A stretch of DNA of 56,076 nt, taken from the IMG/VR virus record IMGVR_UViG_3300024240_000004, positions 1 to 56,076 of that record. One strand, written 5' to 3'. A program made the translations under genes and the position numbers. The notes beneath the pieces were generated by a model, which made no database searches, had not been told where the DNA came from, and saw nothing but the letters and a program-made list of their open reading frames with translations. Origin of the DNA: a virus. Lineage: Duplodnaviria; Caudoviricetes. Below, in pieces: positions 23,401 to 33,487 of the stretch (the stretch's first letter is position 1; each line of letters opens with the position of its first letter).

Positions 23401-25712
23401 TTTTGGCGCCCTAAGTCCACCATGCCTTTTTGTAAATCAGAAATTTCACCTTTTGTACCATTTGCCGCGTCTTTTAAATTTGCTAATGTACCGGAAAAAT
23501 CATCAACATTTTTAATTGCACCCGGATACGCCTCCATTAATTTAGTTATTAATACCGTGTTATTCTTAGCCGCCTCGCCTTCCGCCTCATATTGTGCAAT
23601 TAAATCAAGTTTACTTTTTGCCGAATCTATTTGAGCTTTCTGCATTTCAATTTGTTTATCAATTAAAGAATCGTCTGCTTTTGCGTCTTCTAATTTAGCG
23701 GCGGCGGATTTATGAGTTGCTTCATATAATAAATACATAGCTCCCGCGAGTGCAATAACTGCGACAATGATAATTCCTATTGGATTAGCCTCTGCGGCGG
23801 CGTCTGCGGCTTCTTCTGCGGCGGTAGTTGCAACTAATGCCGCTTCTTTTGCTTTTTCTCCAGCAACTACAGCCGCCGCTCGAGCCGCTACAGCCGCTTC
23901 CGTTGCCGCCGTCTTAGCAAACTCGCCTTGCACAGTTGCCGCGAGTTGTTCCGCCTCACTCGCCGTGACTTCAGCCGCAATTGCCGCTTCCGTTGCGGTT
24001 GTGGACGCTAATTTAGCGGCATTTGCGGTTTCTAAGGCTACATTTTGAACAAATATATTTTTAACAATATCTAAAAGTCCCGACGCATATTTGCTTATTA
24101 CGCCAGTTCCTTTTGTAAAACTTGCAAACATTGAGCTCATGGCGCCACTCGTAACGAATGCCGCCGCTCCTAAGGCACCCGTTGCGACCGCCGCAATTTC
24201 CATTGCTGTTTTATTATCAGAAATAAAAGAAGTTACACTTTGAATTGCACTAATCGCCGAATCTAATGCCGGAGTTAATTCGTCCCCTACGGCTGAAACA
24301 ATCGGAGCGAATAAATCAAATAATGCAATGCCTATTTTCTTTTTTGTTTCTTCAAATTTCATTGTCATTTTTTGCATAGCACCAACTGGCGTATCTACCG
24401 CCGCCGCCATACCATTTAAAGTCGGCTCTAATGCTTTTAAAGCGGCATTCGTTAAGTCTGCAGGGTCTTTTATGCCTTTTAAAGCCGTCGCCAATGCAGG
24501 GAATTGAGCTTTTAAACGCCCTAAATTAGCCTGCGCTTCGGGATCGCCTAATCCTTTGGCAAAAGTCTTAATAGCCATATTACCGTCAATCATACCATTG
24601 GATGCTTTATTAACGGCAATAGCTAATTCGACTAATTTAGTATTTGCGTCGCCAGTCGCGCCTCCAATAGAGGCGGCATAAGATGAATATTTCTTTAATT
24701 GAGTGCCACTAATAGCGAATTTATCGCTAAGCATAGCCGCCGCGTCACCTGTATTTTTTAATTGCGCCGTCAAAGCGTCGCCACTCAATCCCGCCTGACT
24801 AAATGCCATTGATTGATCTAATGTGAACTGCTCCGCTTGTTTACCAGTGTCAAATAAGTCTTGAAAACTCGTAGTAATACCGCCAATTCCTTGAGTAATC
24901 ATATTACCGCCAAATACGCCCAACATAGTTCCGGCGGCATTTTCTATTAGTTTGAATGCTTTACTTGTGGATTCAGCAGACGCGTCCATCTTATCCATTG
25001 CCTCTTTGGCTTTATTCACCTCTTGTTCTAATCCTTTGTAAGAATCGGTACCTTGCTGTCCACTTTGTTTCATACCTTCTAAACTTTTTTCGCTTTGTCC
25101 AATAAAAGCGTTTGCGTCAGCTCCAACTTTTTCATATTCAGTTGCTAAGGATTCCATTTGAGCTTTAACGCCGCCAGTATCTATTTTAGCAAATGCCGCC
25201 GCCGATTTGTCGCCAAAATCTTGAATCGCTTGCACCGGAGCGTCATTAAAAGCTGTAGAAAATGCGTCGCCTAATTTATTAACGTCGCCTACTAATGTTC
25301 CTGATAATGTTTCGTCTAATTTTGTTAAATCGACGTTATTTAAAGAATCGTTTAACTCTGTACTTATTTGACTTATATCAATTCCTTGAATCGCGCCGCC
25401 TATTTTAGTTTCTAAGGCGTTAGCATAATTATCTATTGACGCAATTCCCGTTTGCGGATCGATTGTAAACGTCATATTTGCCATATTTTCGCCTACTTTT
25501 GTCGCCTCCGTTTCAAGTTCTTGCATTTGCGAAGCCATACCCGCGATTTGTTCTTGCACTTTTGGCGCGTTTAAATCTATATTCAACTCTAATCCCAAAG
25601 ATTTAAGCATTGTTTCAATTTCTGCAATAGTATCTTTAATTTTCGAAGGATCTGATTTTAAAGATAACGCCATATCAAGAACAAATTGAAATTCTTTTGC
25701 ATTGCCAGCCAT
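20421..25712 (-). CDS. tail tape measure protein
   Basis: 1763 aa, helical Ala/Lys/Glu-rich, ANPIGIIIVAVIALAG hydrophobic segment, C-terminal AFNTGGKV..LALVGD; follows chaperone genes. Confidence 0.92.
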   Translation of the reverse strand: MAGNAKEFQFVLDMALSLKSDPSKIKDTIAEIETMLKSLGLELNIDLNAPKVQEQIAGMASQMQELETEATKVGENMANMTFTIDPQTGIASIDNYANALETKIGGAIQGIDISQISTELNDSLNNVDLTKLDETLSGTLVGDVNKLGDAFSTAFNDAPVQAIQDFGDKSAAAFAKIDTGGVKAQMESLATEYEKVGADANAFIGQSEKSLEGMKQSGQQGTDSYKGLEQEVNKAKEAMDKMDASAESTSKAFKLIENAAGTMLGVFGGNMITQGIGGITTSFQDLFDTGKQAEQFTLDQSMAFSQAGLSGDALTAQLKNTGDAAAMLSDKFAISGTQLKKYSSYAASIGGATGDANTKLVELAIAVNKASNGMIDGNMAIKTFAKGLGDPEAQANLGRLKAQFPALATALKGIKDPADLTNAALKALEPTLNGMAAAVDTPVGAMQKMTMKFEETKKKIGIALFDLFAPIVSAVGDELTPALDSAISAIQSVTSFISDNKTAMEIAAVATGALGAAAFVTSGAMSSMFASFTKGTGVISKYASGLLDIVKNIFVQNVALETANAAKLASTTATEAAIAAEVTASEAEQLAATVQGEFAKTAATEAAVAARAAAVVAGEKAKEAALVATTAAEEAADAAAEANPIGIIIVAVIALAGAMYLLYEATHKSAAAKLEDAKADDSLIDKQIEMQKAQIDSAKSKLDLIAQYEAEGEAAKNNTVLITKLMEAYPGAIKNVDDFSGTLANLKDAANGTKGEISDLQKGMVDLGRQKVEIGLQIDKLAVEASAEQMSKDIYDGLGGFWKNIGGYFEVFGVSLGKKISGITDDLVNNYSSALNAATNSQEIDKAYYAFAAKINGDGTLSAKDKQNIINQAKATADAKKKANADAQNALANEITTGLKDSADEATLVADLALRYHKTVPEIQAMIAEEKKSLASEDTKLKTLQLQGKEFEDHKKKIDEELKAELDVIASLELKLLKHQQLSPEEQKTLNNTIALGKESVAQSKLDDKAVKIAKDKIGYEKENKKAGDDAYELAKKAFEVDKSKYELQISQTELALKSKALEEGRALSAYDEYLIELEKNDVAQKEYKAFKEDVAVKAGAALSQKLTAKERSDTAAKEKADSEKTLNELMTKEMDAKSKLAEMMIKVGIDDKETEKKLQELEKTKIEWEISVGIRPNDDYSKIVDYYQGLGDEIQKKLDASNAKLKASQEKANAEISALGVVGAVQPINDIKNAYLEQANATEQSWDKLLALKQNKIAIEEQLTIKSLTDQQRLQLQAQLDTANNSLKTYDIVGESILNNIDANLITQKYTIINSAEKKNNEELQTESFNSLKTIIDAKDKQYKAQLTVLQADSQKEIDITTQRYELETQLSADFNTAFLEGLKDRLDATTKAVTASYDAQEQAAIDSLDKQFGKYTELTPEEADYQAQKLKIQQDYDKKREDEAERSANRIKALDEIAAGNAIEVEREKALSLATIQETSAKLELDLLAKKYDSTVPKASMDQLLALEKSYQDANAQVIIDGSQASIDAATAARAALDAAERPYNFSPDDKKALETTAATFTTAQKTIDTHGIEIQAMKAKFEGAATDIFAGMFTGDTKEMKDGARTYLSALVGILEKYLDGFILQLFLSEKSIAAITASPIGFLAMPLIYGIIDGGVKAIVDPLLSNLLAFNTGGKVTEAQLALVGDNGTGGSKTEWIFDDAQLKTIVAMGAGGANAAMLTQLQNVENAVRSINSYADVSMGKFRYGIQANQYETNLRAR

Positions 25713-25740
25713 TTATTTTATCCTTTATTTTAATTCATAA

Positions 25741-25776
25741 ATAAAAAGGCGTTTATTTTTTACGATAAACGCCTTT
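25741..25776 (-). terminator. terminator-like hairpin between tail chaperone and tape measure genes
   Basis: AAAGGCGTTTAT/ATAAACGCCTTT plus TTAT. Confidence 0.65.
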
Positions 25777-25780
25777 GAAA

Positions 25781-26110
25781 TTATCTAAAACCGTCGAGTA
25801 TTGTTTCAATTGTATTTACGGCGTCGCAAAATTTCATATTTCTTATTACATCAAAATTTGCTTCTTTAAAATACATTGCTAAAATTGGAACATACCATAT
25901 TTTAACCTCGTGTTCCTTTAAACGCCTAATGATTTCATTTTGCCGATAGACGTTTTGGATTTTAAATTTTCTTTCAATAAGTTGCCGTTGCTGGTATTCG
26001 TACTCGCTATCGTCAATAGTTGCTCTAATAATGCCTGATTGTAAAGCGCGCTTCCTTTCCCCTGCAAGATCTGACAAATGGCTTGTTTCTTCCCGCACTC
26101 GATAAAAAAA
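25781..26110 (-). CDS. tail assembly chaperone, -1 frameshift extension (GT-like)
   Basis: Open -1 frame overlapping the upstream ORF by ~190 nt, enterable at slippery T TTT TTT (26110-26104). Confidence 0.65.
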   Translation of the reverse strand, partial: FFYRVREETSHLSDLAGERKRALQSGIIRATIDDSEYEYQQRQLIERKFKIQNVYRQNEIIRRLKEHEVKIWYVPILAMYFKEANFDVIRNMKFCDAVNTIETILDGFR

Positions 26111-26457
26111 TGAGTTATACATGCCTCCAAATTCTTATATTCAGAAAATGGTAAATCGGCAATATACTTTTCAGTTTCGCCAATTTTCGCAGGATCCCAC
26201 TTTGTCGGAACTCCATTGACAACGGGATTTAATAAATAACTCATAGCAATAATTAACCATTCAGCTGAGCGCGATTGCGCCAATTCTCTATAATCCTTAG
26301 CATCTTTTTGGGATTGATAATACTTGAACTCTCCAGTTTCCTTAGCGCATTCAGCTTGTATAATTGAAAGCGAATTAAAATCATAGATATATTTAGCGTC
26401 TTTGATATCGCCTTTTGGAAAATGAATAGGCGAAAAATAATCTTGGTCTTCTTTCAT
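25918..26457 (-). CDS. tail assembly chaperone (G-like)
   Basis: Position upstream of TMP; contains slippery heptamers. Confidence 0.7.
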   Translation of the reverse strand: MKEDQDYFSPIHFPKGDIKDAKYIYDFNSLSIIQAECAKETGEFKYYQSQKDAKDYRELAQSRSAEWLIIAMSYLLNPVVNGVPTKWDPAKIGETEKYIADLPFSEYKNLEACITHFFIECGKKQAICQILQGKGSALYNQALLEQLLTIASTNTSNGNLLKENLKSKTSIGKMKSLGV

Positions 26458-26466
26458 AAAAAATCC

Positions 26467-27303
26467 TTATAATATAATTTGAATTGAATTTCTATTGTCT
26501 AAATTTACTTCGCCGGGACGTCCCTCATATCCTCTACTTTCTTTTATTTGAGCTGAAATTTTTATATCCCAATAACTTCGTAAATCGGAACTCTTTAATT
26601 CTATTGTATAAGAATAATAATCAAGTTCAATATCGGCTCCAGCGTTAGCGTTTAAAACATCGGGTATATCTGGAGCCGCATAATCGACAAAAACTTCAAT
26701 TCCACTCGTTATTCCGGCGTCGTTTACGGTAATTAAAATATTATTATTAATATCAATTGAATTAATAGTATAAGTTCCAATAGGTATAGCTTGTAAATTA
26801 TTACTTTGATTAATTGCTATAGAATCGCCAGGATCCCATTTATTAACTCCATAAGGAATTGTCAAAGTTGTACCGGAACGCGTGCAATTACTTATTGTTT
26901 TACCATCTGTATAATAATAAGGAGTGTAATTTCCTAATGTTATTATAACTTTTGTCGATGATTTTAATTTATAATTAATAGTATCGATTATAACTTCGCC
27001 ACTTCTTTTTATAATAGCGTCATTAGAATTTTCAACTAATGCCGGATAATTTTCAAAATTTAATAAATTAGGTATATCAAATAAAGGATGGTTGTAAGGC
27101 ACTATAAATTCCGAATCAAAGGTATAACCTAAAATTCGAGCGCGTCCTTTACTATCCGTTTTAGTTCTTGGCGTCAAGGAATATTGACTATTAGATTCAA
27201 ATCTAAAAATAGATATATATTCGTCTCCATTAATAAAAGTCAAAGTTCTAATAGGCATTTTAGTTACTTTATTAACTATATTACTATAAATTATATTTCC
27301 CAT
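26467..27303 (-). CDS. tail/structural protein
   Basis: 278 aa, beta-rich, within tail operon. Confidence 0.55.
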   Translation of the reverse strand: MGNIIYSNIVNKVTKMPIRTLTFINGDEYISIFRFESNSQYSLTPRTKTDSKGRARILGYTFDSEFIVPYNHPLFDIPNLLNFENYPALVENSNDAIIKRSGEVIIDTINYKLKSSTKVIITLGNYTPYYYTDGKTISNCTRSGTTLTIPYGVNKWDPGDSIAINQSNNLQAIPIGTYTINSIDINNNILITVNDAGITSGIEVFVDYAAPDIPDVLNANAGADIELDYYSYTIELKSSDLRSYWDIKISAQIKESRGYEGRPGEVNLDNRNSIQIIL

Positions 27304-27805
27304 TGTCGTCTCTTAATATTGGTTGTTCTTCTTTTAAATCTAATGCAAATTCAGGATAAATAATTAAATCATCTAAGAACGTCAAAGGCTCCGTCGCCGC
27401 TGTTTTTGTCACCCGTCTAAAATCGCTCCATATCCCATTTTCTTTTATAGAAATATAATTATAGTTAGCAGTCCAAAAGTTTCGTAAAAAATCTATTCCA
27501 TAAGTCCCTAAATTTCCACGTTCAATAACGTCTCCATTCGAATTGTAAACAAAATCATCTGCGATTTCGTCTGAACCAATAGTCATCGAATAATTTCTGT
27601 AAACATTCGTAATATGATTCGCTCTACGCCCAGCTAATGTTTTGATTTCTATTCCGGTTGTTTCAATTATTTTTCCTAAAAATTTTATAGGATCAAAAAA
27701 CATTACTCCGCCTGCCTGACTAAAAGTTGGCGTGAAAGAAAATGTTAAATCATCTAATGCTTTTGAACTCCAAATTAAACCGATTGTAGCGTTGTCTAAA
27801 TTCAC
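27284..27805 (-). CDS. tail/structural protein (distal-tail candidate)
   Basis: 173 aa in tail operon; inferred from position. Confidence 0.5.
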   Translation of the reverse strand: MNLDNATIGLIWSSKALDDLTFSFTPTFSQAGGVMFFDPIKFLGKIIETTGIEIKTLAGRRANHITNVYRNYSMTIGSDEIADDFVYNSNGDVIERGNLGTYGIDFLRNFWTANYNYISIKENGIWSDFRRVTKTAATEPLTFLDDLIIYPEFALDLKEEQPILRDDNGKYNL

Positions 27806-30411
27806 ATTGGCTCCACATAATAAAATTTTGGATTAACGGTAAATTTTTTAACGTCTAAAAAAATAGAAGCAGGCGAATCGGCTTTTCCTAAAATTACAAA
27901 TAGGTTTTCATTATCATTTGCGTCCGTATTTTGTGGCGTCGTTCCGATATTAATACTTGTTTGTGAAATACCGGTATTTCTTGCATAAACTATGCCGTCC
28001 GCATTTAAACTAAGCGAGTCGATATTCGCACTACCATCAAAAACAACGCGCTTAAAATCATTTATAACTCCATTTTCTAAAATTATACCGATTCTTTTCT
28101 TTTTATTAGCAGAAATACAAACAAGTTTTTTAACTGTACCGTCATTTTCCAACATAACAACATCGCCAGCGTTTAAATCATCGGAAAGCTTATAATATTC
28201 GCCTGTAATATCATTAGTTATTGGAACAATCGGACGTAAAGCGTTCGCTTGTGGCTCGCCGCTCCATTCCCCATAAGCAAACCGACTAACACTTTGTAAT
28301 TTAATAGTCGTTTGAAATTCTTTAATTTTTCTTTCAATTCCGACCACTACTAATGTTTCTGTAGAGGTTCCATTTACAAAATTTCCATTTGAATAAATCT
28401 TTGAGGGCTTGTTTATCGTTACTATAGAGCCTAATGTTAAATTTTTCCAACTTGAATTATCGTTTAATTTAAAACCATTAAAATTTGGAATAGTAATATC
28501 GCGTTCCGATTTATAGAATTGGACGTCGGTGCCGGAAATACTATTAACGTAATTTGATAATGAATTAAAAACTGTTGGAATACTATCTACATTCGTATAA
28601 ATTCTCGACGCATAAGCAAAACATTTTTCGCCAGTTGGCGGCGGCGCTAATACGGGCTGATCATTTAATAAATCGCTTTTATAACTTATAAAAAATGCAG
28701 TAGTTGGCAATTCCATTAATTTATCATTGATTTTATCAGAACAATAAGCAAAAGTACGGTCGGCTTTTACATCTAAATATATAATCATTCCATTTGGAGT
28801 AGGCATATTTTCGCCAAAAATATTTGTATAAGTCAAAGGAATAAAAGGAACCTCCTCTGTATTCGCGTTTATATTCTCACCGTCTTTTAAACGTCCTAAT
28901 ACTGGCGAAGTACTTATACTCAATATTTGCGATTCGACACTTTTTTTATCTTTTAAATTTGTTCTATAATCAGTGGCTTTATTCAAACGGTCGGAATTAA
29001 AAAATTTTAAACTTGGCACGCCTAAACATAGATAATCAAAATCATTGTCATTTGGCACGTCCCCAACATTAGAACTATCAGACGTAAATAACGTCCCCTG
29101 ACCATAAAATTGACTGGCTGTAGTGCTTACCGTACTTGCAACGTCAATTCCACTATCAGTTGCATCTTGAATAAATATTTCAGACGCATTCAATTGAGAG
29201 CGTGAAACAAATTCTAAATAAATAGTATAAATTCCATTCTCGACAATTTGCGTACTTTTAATATAACAACCAAATGCTTTTGCAATTGAAAATAAAATTT
29301 CCGAAACACTACCTAAATTTAAAATACAAAATTTATTTGACGCCGGATCATTAATTGGCTTGTTTTCATTATCAGTCCAATTATTTAAAGATTCTTTGTA
29401 ATCCGGAGTAAGCCAGTCCCTATGCATATAAACAGAACTTTTTTTAGTATCTAAATTTTCAGTTTCTGTTTTAATAATTCCAATATTTATTAATGATTGT
29501 GTTAATTCAATAGTATTATAAAGTATAGGAAAATCATTATATCCAGAAATTTCATAATAACCACCAATAAATGGAGCCGTCGAAAAATTAAAGAAACTAT
29601 CAGAAAGTTTAAAATTTAAAACAGTATTGTATTTTGCATTTACAATTTCAGTAGAATAATCTAACATTTTTTGTAAAATATCAAAAAGGTTAGCCATTGG
29701 ATAAAAGTTAATCCAATGATTAGCTGTTTTCATGTGTTGTCTTACCGCATAAATTGCATTAGCGTCCGTCCAAAGTCCGTCGGTACCTTTGAATCTATCA
29801 TAAATATTAAGAATTTTACCGCCGTCCTTATCGACAATTTTTTCCGTACATTTACAATCGTCAAGTAAAGATATATCAATTGATAATGCCGAAAAACTAA
29901 ACTCGACTAATGCCTCTGTATCTGGCGAATATTCCAAACGTGGATTAACAGTATTAGGTTTTAACCACGCAACTTCTTTTCCTTTTATCTTATCGCTAAT
30001 CTTGCCAATAAATTCAAAATTTTCTAATAAAGTTAAATTTGCGTCCGATTCATTTATAATAAAAAATGCAAAATATCTTGCAACGTTAATATCGCCTGAT
30101 CCTAAAACAAATGCTAAGCAATTTTTATCATTTTCCGTTTCGCAATTGTAAGAATTTATAGAAAAATCTAATTCGTCTACAGCAAATTTATTATCATCAG
30201 TGTTTAAGTCTTTTTTAGAACTGTCAAATTCAATTATAGATGTGCTTATAAAAGAAGTTAATTCGTCATTCTTTTTAAATAAGTCAGCATAATTGTCGGA
30301 AATAGCAATTCTAAAAGTTGTTAAATCGTGATCGGCGTCTAAAATAGATTGTTCTTGAATGAAAATCATAATATCCTTAAAAGAAAATAAAGCGGAGCCG
30401 AAGCCCCGCAT
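27802..30411 (-). CDS. large tail tip/hub protein with C-terminal DUF2190-like domain
   Basis: 869 aa; LTLGSIVTI..LVVVGIERK OB-like hub pattern; C-terminal LNAGDVVML..IGII..VVFDG. Confidence 0.6.
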   Translation of the reverse strand: MRGFGSALFSFKDIMIFIQEQSILDADHDLTTFRIAISDNYADLFKKNDELTSFISTSIIEFDSSKKDLNTDDNKFAVDELDFSINSYNCETENDKNCLAFVLGSGDINVARYFAFFIINESDANLTLLENFEFIGKISDKIKGKEVAWLKPNTVNPRLEYSPDTEALVEFSFSALSIDISLLDDCKCTEKIVDKDGGKILNIYDRFKGTDGLWTDANAIYAVRQHMKTANHWINFYPMANLFDILQKMLDYSTEIVNAKYNTVLNFKLSDSFFNFSTAPFIGGYYEISGYNDFPILYNTIELTQSLINIGIIKTETENLDTKKSSVYMHRDWLTPDYKESLNNWTDNENKPINDPASNKFCILNLGSVSEILFSIAKAFGCYIKSTQIVENGIYTIYLEFVSRSQLNASEIFIQDATDSGIDVASTVSTTASQFYGQGTLFTSDSSNVGDVPNDNDFDYLCLGVPSLKFFNSDRLNKATDYRTNLKDKKSVESQILSISTSPVLGRLKDGENINANTEEVPFIPLTYTNIFGENMPTPNGMIIYLDVKADRTFAYCSDKINDKLMELPTTAFFISYKSDLLNDQPVLAPPPTGEKCFAYASRIYTNVDSIPTVFNSLSNYVNSISGTDVQFYKSERDITIPNFNGFKLNDNSSWKNLTLGSIVTINKPSKIYSNGNFVNGTSTETLVVVGIERKIKEFQTTIKLQSVSRFAYGEWSGEPQANALRPIVPITNDITGEYYKLSDDLNAGDVVMLENDGTVKKLVCISANKKKRIGIILENGVINDFKRVVFDGSANIDSLSLNADGIVYARNTGISQTSINIGTTPQNTDANDNENLFVILGKADSPASIFLDVKKFTVNPKFYYVEPM

Positions 30412-30415
30412 AAAA

Positions 30416-31231
30416 TTAAGCGGCGGGTACTATTACAACTTTTCCAGCGGCAATAGAAGTAATTTGTGCGTCTGTTAATGTTGGAAAAGGAGGACTTACT
30501 TTTACGTCTGTACTCACATTGCTAACAGTTATAAATGTACCGGTGGCTCTTATACCGTCGCCAACTGGAATTGCTTTTATCGCTGTAGAAAATTCATCTG
30601 TAAATTCAGAACTTAAAGCGGCAGAATCAAAAGTAATCGCTGTAACTGCATTTGCATTAGCCTGCGTTCTATCATAATCGCTTGCACGTTTACCTAACAT
30701 AAAAACCCAACCGTCGGGCTTTCCAAGTCCTTTTGAACTATAGGAAAAGCCATTAGGGAATGCTAAAAGAAACATTGTAAGTTCGGAATCATCAATAACA
30801 TTTTCAAAAGTTGCGAAATTTGTTGAATCCAAATCGCAACCTGCCGCAGTTAAAATAACTTCGCCTAATCCTGTACCACCCGAAGTCGTTGAACTTGACG
30901 AATACTTTCCACCATTAGTACCATCGTATTGATAAGTTTCTTTTGGAAATACTATAGAAGCATTATCAGACAATGCTATTTCGAGCGTACTTGAAGACGA
31001 ACTCGAACTCGACGCCGCTCTAATTATTTTATATTGAATACTTTGCATTGTGTCGAAAAGCATTCTAAATAATGGAGGTGTAGGTTTTGGATGCGCGCCA
31101 CTTGTATCAGGGTCTGCGCCTGCAATAGTCACCGTATTAGGAGTCCCAACGGTTGTTACTATTCCTAAGCAATAAGCGACTGGCACGCCCTCAAGTAATA
31201 TTGATTTTTTGAAATCGGAGGTTAATCCCAT
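30416..31231 (-). CDS. probable major tail (tube) protein
   Basis: 271 aa Ser/Thr/Gly-rich structural composition; inferred from position and size. Confidence 0.45.
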   Translation of the reverse strand: MGLTSDFKKSILLEGVPVAYCLGIVTTVGTPNTVTIAGADPDTSGAHPKPTPPLFRMLFDTMQSIQYKIIRAASSSSSSSSTLEIALSDNASIVFPKETYQYDGTNGGKYSSSSTTSGGTGLGEVILTAAGCDLDSTNFATFENVIDDSELTMFLLAFPNGFSYSSKGLGKPDGWVFMLGKRASDYDRTQANANAVTAITFDSAALSSEFTDEFSTAIKAIPVGDGIRATGTFITVSNVSTDVKVSPPFPTLTDAQITSIAAGKVVIVPAA

Positions 31232-31232
31232 T

Positions 31233-31370
31233 TTATAAATCCTTGTTAGTAAGTGAATTAATTATTTCAATTTTTTGTTCGGCTGTAATTAGACCCTTAG
31301 CCACCATTTTATCTAAGTACGCTTCGTTAATTTTGCCATTTTGGAATTGTATCTTTAAATATTCCACCAT
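31233..31370 (-). CDS. XkdX-like small protein (45 aa)
   Basis: MVEYLKIQFQNGKINEAYLDKMVAKGLITAEQKIEII; V.KG.IT.EQ pattern; below track cutoff. Confidence 0.65.
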   Translation of the reverse strand: MVEYLKIQFQNGKINEAYLDKMVAKGLITAEQKIEIINSLTNKDL

Positions 31371-31371
31371 T

Positions 31372-31683
31372 TTATACCTGCAATAATAGTGTATTTAAAA
31401 CATCATCTCGAATACTAAGTTGCTCATCATAATAATCTTTCAGTTCTTGATTAGTCGCCGTACCACTGTTTATTCTTAACAATAGTTCAGATTTTTCTTT
31501 TTGAATTATTGCTAATTCTCTTTTTTCAAGAACGGTAATTACTTCGGAACTTTCCGTATCTTTCCAAACTTCATTTTCTAAGAGTGGAATATAATATTCT
31601 GAATTAGGATTTGAATGTAAGGAAATATCGCTGACTACATCGCTACCAATATCATTTGTAACTGTATTATATTTTACAAACAT
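31372..31683 (-). CDS. fiber-associated chaperone candidate (XkdW-like position)
   Basis: Between putative RBP and XkdX-like gene. Confidence 0.45.
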   Translation of the reverse strand: MFVKYNTVTNDIGSDVVSDISLHSNPNSEYYIPLLENEVWKDTESSEVITVLEKRELAIIQKEKSELLLRINSGTATNQELKDYYDEQLSIRDDVLNTLLLQV

Positions 31684-32960
31684 TAAATTACCTCCATATA
31701 AATTGCGCCGTCGGCTCTAATAACTAAATGATAAGCATTTGCTAATCTTTGACGTGAATAAGGGATTACTGTATAAATTCCAAAAGTTGAATAAGTGTTC
31801 GCTGAAATTACAGCTCCGAGTTGAAAATTAGCTCTTATAAACCTATGTACCGTGTTTAAATCGTTTTTACGATAAAAAATAGAACCTGTACTTATTGACG
31901 CTAAAGAGTTATAACCTAAAAATAAAATATCGCTATTAGTAGAGTTGTTGGCTAAATAATAAGCGACTGTTGTTAAGAAAGCTGAAAAACTGTTTGTACT
32001 GTAATCAAATTTTATTACAGTTGTAGTGGCAATATAAATATTATTATTTGAATCAATTATAGAGTTTAAAATATTAGTCGAAGTACTATCGTAAACCGTC
32101 CAAGTTCCGCTAACTTTTTTAGCGATAGCGACTTTAGAGCTCGTTGCGCTTTGATTATTTAAAAATGCTATAATAGGATCGTTTGTGCTTGTATAAAATA
32201 ATTGCGGAGCCGCCGTCGATGTAACCGTTGCCGCTCTTACTGGCGTACTTCCGATAATTTCAGGCGTTCCCCAAGTTCCCGTCGTTCCCGCGCTCCGTTC
32301 TACATACATTAATTGAGAATAAGTAGTGGACGCGCTATGCTTTTGAAAAAAAGCAACTCCAAAACGATTATCGGAACTGACATTTAAGGAAATTGTTGTT
32401 TCAGGAATGTAAGATTGATTATCGCATATATTAAAAGTGACTGTTGGCGCATAGTTGTTTGAGGCATTAAAAAAGAACGAATACAATAAAAAATTTAATG
32501 TACTATTTGCGACTATTAAAATATTGCCATTTGTATCCATACAAATTTTGGGATTTGAAATACCGTAAGCATCATTTTCATAAGTGCAAACTTCTGCAAA
32601 TATATTCCAATCTTTAGTTTTATATATTTTAAATCTTTTCACTGTACTACCTACATAACCACTCGTTTGACTCAAAATCATTGTTACTAAATACCAATAT
32701 CCATCGGTATGGTACCAAATCCATTCTAAAGCAGGATAATTAATTTGGTTAAAATACCAATCCCCACCAAGATTATTCGATAATAATATTTTAGTTGAGA
32801 GTGAATTGGAGTCGTCTATAATCTTATTATAATTGCCGACAATATCCAAAGTTGGACGTTGCGTTAAGGATACTTCGTTATTTTGGATAGTTAAAGAAGA
32901 ACCGCCACCCGCGTCAAATTCTTGAATATTATTATCGCTATTTATGCCTAATGCTTTCAT
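31683..32960 (-). CDS. receptor-binding/tail fiber protein (beta-propeller-like)
   Basis: 425 aa; repeated DxNGN/DSNNN-type turns, GTW repeats. Confidence 0.6.
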   Translation of the reverse strand: MKALGINSDNNIQEFDAGGGSSLTIQNNEVSLTQRPTLDIVGNYNKIIDDSNSLSTKILLSNNLGGDWYFNQINYPALEWIWYHTDGYWYLVTMILSQTSGYVGSTVKRFKIYKTKDWNIFAEVCTYENDAYGISNPKICMDTNGNILIVANSTLNFLLYSFFFNASNNYAPTVTFNICDNQSYIPETTISLNVSSDNRFGVAFFQKHSASTTYSQLMYVERSAGTTGTWGTPEIIGSTPVRAATVTSTAAPQLFYTSTNDPIIAFLNNQSATSSKVAIAKKVSGTWTVYDSTSTNILNSIIDSNNNIYIATTTVIKFDYSTNSFSAFLTTVAYYLANNSTNSDILFLGYNSLASISTGSIFYRKNDLNTVHRFIRANFQLGAVISANTYSTFGIYTVIPYSRQRLANAYHLVIRADGAIYMEVI

Positions 32961-32964
32961 TAAA

Positions 32965-33486
32965 TTAAGCTCTTATTATTGGATCGCCAGCTTCAAAAAG
33001 TAATTCAGTTGCGGAACTTGCAACGCCTACGGTTTGTAAAATATGACCGGTCGCTGATGGAGCAGACGCCAAAACTAAAACGCCGCCTGCGGTTGTATCG
33101 CTTAAAACATAAGTCGCGCCGATTGTTAATCCGGTCAAACCATTAATAGTACCGTCTAAATAAATAGTCGCCGTCTGACCGCTCGTCACTGCTGATTTAA
33201 CAAATCCAATTGCTTTCTTAGCAACGCCACCACTCGCGTCTGCTTTACGAACGCCTAAAACGCTCGTATTATTCCAAATGTTTACAATATCGCCTGCGCT
33301 AAGATTTTCACTTGCTACGGCTGTTTTTGTATCGGCTCCGATACCGTCCGGCAATAAAGTCAAATCAATATGACCGGTGCCGTCTGTACCAAAAAGTTTG
33401 CCGGCGTCCGTTGCGCCCGCACTCGTCGTTATCGGAGTAAGTTCCGCAACGTTATTTGTCGAATCAATAACTAATATTTTCTGCAT
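32965..33486 (-). CDS. DUF2190-like structural protein
   Basis: ASENLSAGDIV..KADAS..AIGFV..ATIYLDG..GLTIGATY.LS. Confidence 0.65.
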   Translation of the reverse strand: MQKILVIDSTNNVAELTPITTSAGATDAGKLFGTDGTGHIDLTLLPDGIGADTKTAVASENLSAGDIVNIWNNTSVLGVRKADASGGVAKKAIGFVKSAVTSGQTATIYLDGTINGLTGLTIGATYVLSDTTAGGVLVLASAPSATGHILQTVGVASSATELLFEAGDPIIRA

Positions 33487-33487
33487 T

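Noticed and set aside
20542-24048. Plus-strand ORFs within the tape measure gene
   Set aside because: Antisense shadows of an Ala-rich gene; no SD or motifs
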